The notes below the pieces were generated by a model, which saw nothing but the letters and a program-made list of their open reading frames with translations, was not told the DNA's origin and made no database searches. A stretch of 64,000 nucleotides of DNA from a virus. Position numbers and translations under genes: made by a program. Positions 57,779 through 64,000 of this stretch are shown here, piece after piece. Each line of letters opens with the position of its first letter. The stretch's first letter is position 1. The DNA lies in the IMG/VR virus record IMGVR_UViG_3300032782_000006, positions 1-64,000 of that record; one strand, given 5' to 3'.

Positions 57779-58012
57779 ACCTCCAATAATTCAATTCATC
57801 ATTTGTTGCTTCTAAATAATCTTCTCTAAATATTTCATAATCATCATCAATCTCATCTTTTCCAGTTTGTTCTAAATATGCTTTTTGACAATCATATTCT
57901 AGTTCATCATCTTCGTAACAACCATCCATAGTCATAATCAAGTTCACCTCAATACATAATTGTCCGTAAAATATATAAACTTATCGGAACAACTTCTAAT
58001 AAAAAAAAGGGC

Positions 58013-58240
58013 TTATTTCCTAAGCCTCTCCCAAACTCCTTTTTTATCAGTCATTTTCCATTTTGCAATCATTACCTCAATATTATCCGAAATCATTTTC
58101 TTTTCTTCGGTAAGTTGGGCTATCTTTTGAGATAGTGCATTGTAATCATCAATTAACATATTCAGGTTCAAGTTTATCATTTGCAATTTCTCTTCCGGCG
58201 ATCTATGACATTCTATTATTTCGGCTTCTTTCACTGACAT
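58013..58240 (-). CDS. Small coiled-coil protein
   Basis: GGAGTGA RBS, promoter variant at 58280-58309. Confidence 0.65.
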   Translation of the reverse strand: MSVKEAEIIECHRSPEEKLQMINLNLNMLIDDYNALSQKIAQLTEEKKMISDNIEVMIAKWKMTDKKGVWERLRK

Positions 58241-58500
58241 ATCATTCACTCCTTTCATTTACTATTTCATTAAACAGTAAATGTCATTAAATTATATATA
58301 CTTTTCGGAAATTATAGGGGGCAACAAATTTTAGAATTGATAATCAACAACAGACAGAATTAGTCGACAAATTATTAATTATTGTTGACTAATTAAAAAA
58401 TCATAAATTTGCAGACGAGTCATATGTAAAATAGTGGATAGGTTTATATTTTACAAAGCTGTTCAAAAATTGGTATTTTTAAAAGAAACGGAGATAGAAA

Positions 58501-58698
58501 ATGGTTGGAAAAGGATTTATTGCCGTCCCTGCTAAAGATAATGTTGGACACGTGATTAGGATAATAGCTGCCACGTATAATTTAAAAATATATAAAGTAG
58601 TTGAAAATGCTATCCGAGACAAATACCCAGAATTTTGTGACAAATTGCTCACTGATGAACCAAAATCAGAAGAGGAAGAACCATTAGTTGAAGAATAA
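58501..58698 (+). CDS. Small RHH-like DNA-binding protein
   Basis: Beta-alpha-alpha pattern, AAACGGAGAT RBS. Confidence 0.55.
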   Translation: MVGKGFIAVPAKDNVGHVIRIIAATYNLKIYKVVENAIRDKYPEFCDKLLTDEPKSEEEEPLVEE

Positions 58699-58804
58699 AT
58701 CAGTGTTAGGAGATTCCCTTAAGGAGAATATCACAAAACTCCCCAAGGGTATGAATTTATTTAAATACAACTTACTAATTTACCGGATATTATTTAAACA
58801 TTTG

Positions 58805-59095
58805 TTAAACTTTACATCCATACGCTTTTTGAAAAATAGTGTCGCCACGTGCCATATTTAAATATAAATCAACTTTGTGTGAGAGTGCATAATATTTCAT
58901 CCTATACAATCCTGTACCTGTATGATAAATTACTTTATCTTTTTCTAATTGTTTCAAATATTTAATTATCGTCACTCTGTTCAATTTTGTTTCATGTACT
59001 ATATCTTTTGCACAGAGGATAGTTTGATATTTGTAAAAAACATCAATTATTCTCAGTCTATTATAGTCCCCAATAATATTGTCTATTAGAGTCAT
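58805..59095 (-). CDS. Winged-HTH transcription regulator
   Basis: CAKDIVHETKLNRVTIIKYLKQLEKDKVI. Confidence 0.8.
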   Translation of the reverse strand: MTLIDNIIGDYNRLRIIDVFYKYQTILCAKDIVHETKLNRVTIIKYLKQLEKDKVIYHTGTGLYRMKYYALSHKVDLYLNMARGDTIFQKAYGCKV

Positions 59096-59116
59096 GTCTT
59101 CACCTAAAAAAAGAAT

Positions 59117-59242
59117 TTATAAATTATGTCCTGGAATATCGTCGTTCCAGCCGGAAGATAGACATTTCGGACATTTTGAAGGATAAAGCGGAACTTTAGG
59201 ATAAAAGTTTTCTCCGCATCTTTTGCAATGATAGCTCTTTAT
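59117..59242 (-). CDS. Zn-ribbon micro-protein (41 aa), probable ATA start
   Basis: YHCKRCGENFYPK..PSKCPKCLSSGW, GGGGGAG RBS. Confidence 0.65.
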   Translation of the reverse strand: MKSYHCKRCGENFYPKVPLYPSKCPKCLSSGWNDDIPGHNL

Positions 59243-59430
59243 TCGTCTCTCCCCCAGTCAATTACTTTTATATAATCAACTGCCATCTTATTAGAGCCGC
59301 ACATAGGACAATACACGTTTCCCAGATCCTTTTCTTTCCACTCCCAATCGCATTGTTCGCAAAACAATGTCAAATATTTAGTTAATTTTTGATCTCCTTT
59401 TTTTAAAGATGTAATGTTACTCAACCCCAC
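59239..59430 (-). CDS. Zn-ribbon protein
   Basis: CEQC..CPMCGS. Confidence 0.7.
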   Translation of the reverse strand: MGLSNITSLKKGDQKLTKYLTLFCEQCDWEWKEKDLGNVYCPMCGSNKMAVDYIKVIDWGRDE

Positions 59431-60979
59431 AAGCTAATTTTAAAAATTGTTCATATAACGGATCAGAAGACTTGATTTTTACAGTATGAACTTTACCATC
59501 TTCTTTGATATCTACGGTAATTTCTTTATAAGTGAGTTTCCTGTATAGTTCCTCAAACGAAGTTCTACCATTCAAACAATCATCAATTTGTTCCGAACTT
59601 GCATGATCAGTTACATACTTCAGTTTTTTATATTGATCCTCAGTAATGTTCAATCCATTCTTAGAGACTTTAGGAATATCTTTTTTCTTTTCAGTGACCT
59701 CTGCTAACTTTTCTCTAAATTGAGTAATAAACTCATAAGACACATTCGCAATTTTAGCCAGTTCATAATTCACAAATTCTTCGCAACCTCGATGATATTC
59801 GGGCAACTTTGTCTTTTTGAGAATAGGTAATAGTTTTACAGCCAGTTCTGCTCTCTGGAGTTCGGTTAATTTTTTATGGCCAATCTCATTTTTAACTATC
59901 CAAATACATACATCTGCTCTGCTCGGAAACTGTTTCTCTACAAAAGTAAACGATTTATTCTCTTTTTTACAAATCTGATAATGTTCGATCCCATCAATTA
60001 TGATTTCATTAACTGCTCCATTGATAGGATCAACTTCTTTCCAAATTGTAAAAATATAATCGCAACCTCTAGACTTTATATCATCCGCTAACTCTAACGT
60101 CTCTTGGTTAGATAAGGGTACCCTAAATCTATCAAAGACTTTATCTATTATAAAATTTTTGGGGACTAAAGTAACTAATTCGAGTTCTACTCCTTTTGGA
60201 GTTTCTTTAGGAGTTTCAACCTCAGTTTTAGATTCGTTCCTCCAATCCTCGATCAGTTCTTCCAATGGCATTTTTTTGCATTCGCATTTACAATTTTTCA
60301 AATCGACTTCTTCCCAATCCCCTTTGAGTTTTTGCTGTTTCAGTACATTATGGAGTGTAGTAATCGCAACTTCTCCCTGTCTAGCTTTATTTACAATATT
60401 CTCAGGGACAAATTCCAAAATCTTTTTTACACGAGTAAGAGTGATATCAGACAACCCTACAATTTTAGAGATCTCTTTGTAAGAATTGATTTTTATAAAC
60501 TCTCTCTTTATCTTGTCCATTGCCTCTAGCCAATCCGCTTTTGCAATTAGATAATCTTGAGACTTTTCTTTCCCGTCTTTCTCAAGTTTAGTCATTTTGG
60601 TTTTTGCCAGTCTTTGTTTAGTAATCCAATCCTGGGCTTTCTGCTGTTCTTTTACAGCTTGTTTATGAAAAATAGGGTACAATTTCAGCGCGAGTTCGCA
60701 GTTTTGGAATGGAGTTAACTCATGGGTTTCCATGTAATTTTTTACAATCCAAATCATTGCGTTATTTCTCGACTGGAACGTCTTTTCTTTAGTCGGAGGA
60801 ATTATTCCTAATCTGGTACAAATCTCAAATCGTTTATGACCATCAACTACAATTCCCTTCCAAACGATCAATGGGTTTTTAATTCCATTGGAGCGGATGT
60901 CTTGCTCTAACGCTTTCATCTCATCATAAGAAACAGAAGGAAGTAATGCTTTAAACTCTTCATCAATTTTTAAATCCAT
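59417..60979 (-). CDS. Protein with two tandem ParB/Srx-like domains
   Basis: IDEEFKALLP..GIKNPLIVW..VDGHKRFEIC, with a second copy IDKVF..IIDGIEHYQIC. Confidence 0.85.
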   Translation of the reverse strand: MDLKIDEEFKALLPSVSYDEMKALEQDIRSNGIKNPLIVWKGIVVDGHKRFEICTRLGIIPPTKEKTFQSRNNAMIWIVKNYMETHELTPFQNCELALKLYPIFHKQAVKEQQKAQDWITKQRLAKTKMTKLEKDGKEKSQDYLIAKADWLEAMDKIKREFIKINSYKEISKIVGLSDITLTRVKKILEFVPENIVNKARQGEVAITTLHNVLKQQKLKGDWEEVDLKNCKCECKKMPLEELIEDWRNESKTEVETPKETPKGVELELVTLVPKNFIIDKVFDRFRVPLSNQETLELADDIKSRGCDYIFTIWKEVDPINGAVNEIIIDGIEHYQICKKENKSFTFVEKQFPSRADVCIWIVKNEIGHKKLTELQRAELAVKLLPILKKTKLPEYHRGCEEFVNYELAKIANVSYEFITQFREKLAEVTEKKKDIPKVSKNGLNITEDQYKKLKYVTDHASSEQIDDCLNGRTSFEELYRKLTYKEITVDIKEDGKVHTVKIKSSDPLYEQFLKLACGVE

Positions 60980-61094
60980 CTAGAGCCCTCCTGATAACAT
61001 CATAGAGAGGTTCTCGATCATATAATTTTAAACCTACAATTCGTGAATGAAGTTCTGAGGGTATCGTAATTATCTTCTTATCAATAATTGCCAT
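60963..61094 (-). CDS. 43-aa RHH-like protein
   Basis: KIITIPSELHSRIVGLKLYDREPLYDVIRRAL, GGAG RBS. Confidence 0.65.
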   Translation of the reverse strand: MAIIDKKIITIPSELHSRIVGLKLYDREPLYDVIRRALDGFKN

Positions 61095-61164
61095 GGTACT
61101 AAATCTCTCCTAAATTATACAGAGATCCTGATTACTTTATGCTTTATAAACTTATAGTATATTA

Positions 61165-61734
61165 TTACAGTAATAACCATTCTTGCCAGTTCTTGACGGC
61201 ATATTGGAAAACTAGAGATTTCATCGCATTACAACTTTCTGCTCGAGACCCATTGAAACAAATATGGATCCCGCGAGACTGTAAACTCCATAATGCTTCC
61301 CTCTTTGCAGCTTCATAATTTTTTATATGTCGTCTTCTATTCTTGCCTACTGGAGGGATATATCTCAAAAATTCGATTTGGCTTCCCTCTACAAATACAT
61401 AAAATTGTTGAAGTGTAGGGTCTCGTCTAAACCGGTCAATTTCTCGGTTGAATCTTTTATGATTCATTATCAAAGTGTTGTGAAAATCTCCCACTTCTTT
61501 TCGCTCAACTGCAAAAGCTAATTTCCTAGGTTCTTGTAACCCTTTAAATTTTATTGCAAAATGATAATCTCCTACTTGCGGCAACCCACTAACTTTTTTG
61601 GTAGGCATAGGAAGAGTTTCAAGTTCCAGTTCTTTTTGAGTGTACGGTTTTTGTTCGTTACCTGCTACATAAACCACAAAATCCCCAAACATTTTCACCA
61701 AATGTCTAACTTTAGTATTAAGTTTAGCCAACAT
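61165..61734 (-). CDS. ERCC4/XPF-family nuclease (possible junction resolvase)
   Basis: EQKPY..GDY..VERKEVGD..RFNREIDR..VFVEGS. Confidence 0.85.
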   Translation of the reverse strand: MLAKLNTKVRHLVKMFGDFVVYVAGNEQKPYTQKELELETLPMPTKKVSGLPQVGDYHFAIKFKGLQEPRKLAFAVERKEVGDFHNTLIMNHKRFNREIDRFRRDPTLQQFYVFVEGSQIEFLRYIPPVGKNRRRHIKNYEAAKREALWSLQSRGIHICFNGSRAESCNAMKSLVFQYAVKNWQEWLLL

Positions 61735-61911
61735 TGGATCATCATCAAGATCAGGATTTAGATACTGTTTGATAATGTAGATATCTTTAACTAAATCATC
61801 TTGTGTAAGTGATGATGGTATATTATCATCTCCAAAATGTATATCAAGTTAGATAATATATAACTATGTTATAAATTTTGGGATAAATTGTAAAAAAAAG
61901 AAAGAGATAAT

Positions 61912-62145
61912 TTATAATGTGAGTATTAACATTCCCGCTGCAAAAAATATGATTTGGGATACAAATAATACTACAGTTTTTACCACTGGATTATTTGTGA
62001 TAAACAACCCACAAAATATAAAATCTCCAATCAGCATAATTATTAAAATTATCGGCACTTTCAAATCCGAGGGAATCGCTGATAATCTGTTCACACCTTT
62101 GCATTTTTTAAATGGTTGATTTTCGGTCTCATGTGGCAAAATCAC
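61912..62145 (-). CDS. Two-TM membrane protein
   Basis: Two hydrophobic segments. Confidence 0.6.
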   Translation of the reverse strand: MILPHETENQPFKKCKGVNRLSAIPSDLKVPIILIIMLIGDFIFCGLFITNNPVVKTVVLFVSQIIFFAAGMLILTL

Positions 62146-62759
62146 ATCTCCAACAATTTTAGTATCCCATCCTCATCTGATAATCTGAGATGTGCAGAGC
62201 CTACAAAATGGTGGTAATCCCCCCACTGATACCCTAGGGTTCGTGCCAACCAAACTTGAAAATCACAAAATCCCTTACAGTCCGTCATGAATGCAATAAA
62301 CATCTCATTACTTCGGAAAATTGTTGTGAGCTCAAGTACCTCGTCACGTATCAAAATATTTATACCAGTACAACATGGAATCTCTTTCTTGCTCCCCACA
62401 TTTTTAGGGTGGAACACTGGTAAATAAGCCCTTCTGGTATTAGGATTTTGCCTAAGTAGTCTAATTACTTTCGGAAGTGCGTCTTCTTCCCTTATTTGCC
62501 ATCCATATGAGTAATCGAACGCATCTGCTTTTTCTTTTGCTGTTTTCTCGGTGATCAATCCTTTTGCAAAATCTCTATCTAAAACTTCAGTAAGTCCTTT
62601 TTCAGCACTCTGCCGATTTTTCCCGGTCAAATGAAGTAAAAGGTTCTTTACCTCTAACGTTTTTTCTTCTCTTTGATCCTCGACCAATTCCCCATTTTTA
62701 TAAATATACTCTACAACTTTTCGTCTAATGTTTGCTATAGAGTTTCCATAAAATTCCAT
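62142..62759 (-). CDS. thyA: Archaeal-type thymidylate synthase fold enzyme, possibly dCMP-modifying
   Basis: YSYG, TRRA, IPC, FRSN and SAH motifs. Confidence 0.85.
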   Translation of the reverse strand: MEFYGNSIANIRRKVVEYIYKNGELVEDQREEKTLEVKNLLLHLTGKNRQSAEKGLTEVLDRDFAKGLITEKTAKEKADAFDYSYGWQIREEDALPKVIRLLRQNPNTRRAYLPVFHPKNVGSKKEIPCCTGINILIRDEVLELTTIFRSNEMFIAFMTDCKGFCDFQVWLARTLGYQWGDYHHFVGSAHLRLSDEDGILKLLEM

Positions 62760-62765
62760 GACTCC

Positions 62766-63374
62766 TCAATTTTCAAAATTACTAAATATTCTCCAGAGGA
62801 CGCAATATAAAGGTTCTTTCCACTCCAGTTTTAATTCAATTATTTTTTGGTAAACATCCATTGGGAGAATTATATTTTTTCTATGGCTAAAGTCCCCATT
62901 TTGTTGTATAATACTTTTAATTGAGGATGCATATAGCCGATATGGAATAGTAGGGATAGAGTCTGGAGAATAATCTTGAGATTCTGGAGTATGGTATAAA
63001 TCCCAATAATCTAACAGAGTAGCTAATTTATTATTCATCGAAAGTTCATGAGGAGCTAATCGACTAATTCTAAATCCAGTCCATTCTTTTAAAGAAACTA
63101 TATAGCTATCATATAATCTATATTTACTAGGTGGTAAAATATCAGTTTGTTGCAATATTTCGGTAAGTTCATCTTGTTTATTTTCACAAAACTCTAGTAA
63201 AATATGCAATTTTTCTTCAAAAGATATTTCGTCTGACGATATATTTTCTACTCTATCTACAATGTTAGATGTCAATCGTAAATCTATTTCAACCTCTCTA
63301 GAATTTCGTTTATACTCTGTCATATACTTCCATTTCTGTTTTAGATTCATCAAATCACCTTTTCTCCAATCCAT
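62766..63374 (-). CDS. Hypothetical protein with C-terminal RHH-like domain
   Basis: KNIILPMDVYQKIIELKLEWKEPLYCVLWRI resembles 60963-61094. Confidence 0.7.
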   Translation of the reverse strand: MDWRKGDLMNLKQKWKYMTEYKRNSREVEIDLRLTSNIVDRVENISSDEISFEEKLHILLEFCENKQDELTEILQQTDILPPSKYRLYDSYIVSLKEWTGFRISRLAPHELSMNNKLATLLDYWDLYHTPESQDYSPDSIPTIPYRLYASSIKSIIQQNGDFSHRKNIILPMDVYQKIIELKLEWKEPLYCVLWRIFSNFEN

Positions 63375-63452
63375 TTACAAACCGTTAATAAAAACGCGAT
63401 GAATACTATTGATGTAAATATTAGATACAACTCTTCCACCTCCTCCAAATAT

Positions 63453-63632
63453 TTAATAATCCCCTTTCTTGAAATAAATTTGACGATGTCCAGCATCCCA
63501 AAAATCAAGTACTTCGTTCACGACATCGTCATACGTAGACCCCATAGTTCCAATTTCTTTTAAACGTTTTTGAGTTGTCATATGTAGTTGTACAGTCGTA
63601 GGTTTTTTTTCAGCTATTGTTGTCTTCTCCAT
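63453..63632 (-). CDS. 59-aa RHH/antitoxin-like protein
   Basis: TTVQLHMTTQKRLKEIGTMGSTYDDVVNEVLD. Confidence 0.7.
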   Translation of the reverse strand: MEKTTIAEKKPTTVQLHMTTQKRLKEIGTMGSTYDDVVNEVLDFWDAGHRQIYFKKGDY

Positions 63633-63806
63633 GAAATTATAGATGGAGTTCCTCTTATATAAAGGTTACATAATTTATAGAATTTACAGCAATTGTGAAT
63701 ATTGTAGCCAAAATATATTTTAAAAGAGTAAAAGTCTTAAAGGGTGGGAACGTAATCCTCATTTAACTATTTCTAAAAACAGTTATATAGTAAACGGTGA
63801 TCTAAT

Positions 63807-64000
63807 TTGGATGGAAAAGACGGAAAAAACCTTAAACAATGGTTTGAAGAGAATCAACTGAAGTTAGATAATGGAGAATATAAGGAAGAATCGGGGATTC
63901 TTACTTTTACAAATCCTGATGGAACTATTACAGAAGTAAGTAAAGAACAATGGCCATATACTAGGGTCATACCTTGTAAACAAGTTTTACAAACTCCATT
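63807..64000 (+). CDS. Hypothetical protein, partial
   Basis: GGTGA RBS, TTG start, frame open to the window edge. Confidence 0.55.
   Translation, partial: MDGKDGKNLKQWFEENQLKLDNGEYKEESGILTFTNPDGTITEVSKEQWPYTRVIPCKQVLQTP

Overview
This window is part of the genome of a head-tailed (siphovirus-like) archaeal virus or provirus. The host is most likely Methanosarcina or another Methanosarcinales member, inferred from BRE-TATA promoters, GGTGA/GGAG ribosome-binding sites, an archaeal-type ThyA and a disaggregatase-like beta-helix protein. Nearly all genes are on the minus strand. Reading right to left, there is (1) a DNA-metabolism and regulatory block (ThyA-fold enzyme with an Asp at the base-specificity position, ERCC4 nuclease, double ParB-like protein, several RHH/HTH and Zn-ribbon proteins), (2) small early-type genes behind a repeated promoter, (3) TerS/TerL, (4) an 11 kb accessory interval with structured intergenic elements, a C1A peptidase and a metallophosphoesterase, (5) portal, a putative lysis cassette, protease-scaffold, capsid genes and a head-fibre-like module, and (6) neck and tail genes with a -1 frameshift chaperone pair. 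The last gene is a tape measure ORF of more than 4617 codons that is absent from the ORF track because it runs off the left edge. Its C-terminal half is a Gly/His/Arg/Met low-complexity block copolymer. Other highlights are several promoter-bearing structured ncRNA candidates (one pair with compensatory changes), several probable non-AUG starts and a conserved late-gene leader. All protein calls come from motif recognition by eye, with no database searches. I saw no integrase, tRNA, rRNA or CRISPR array.
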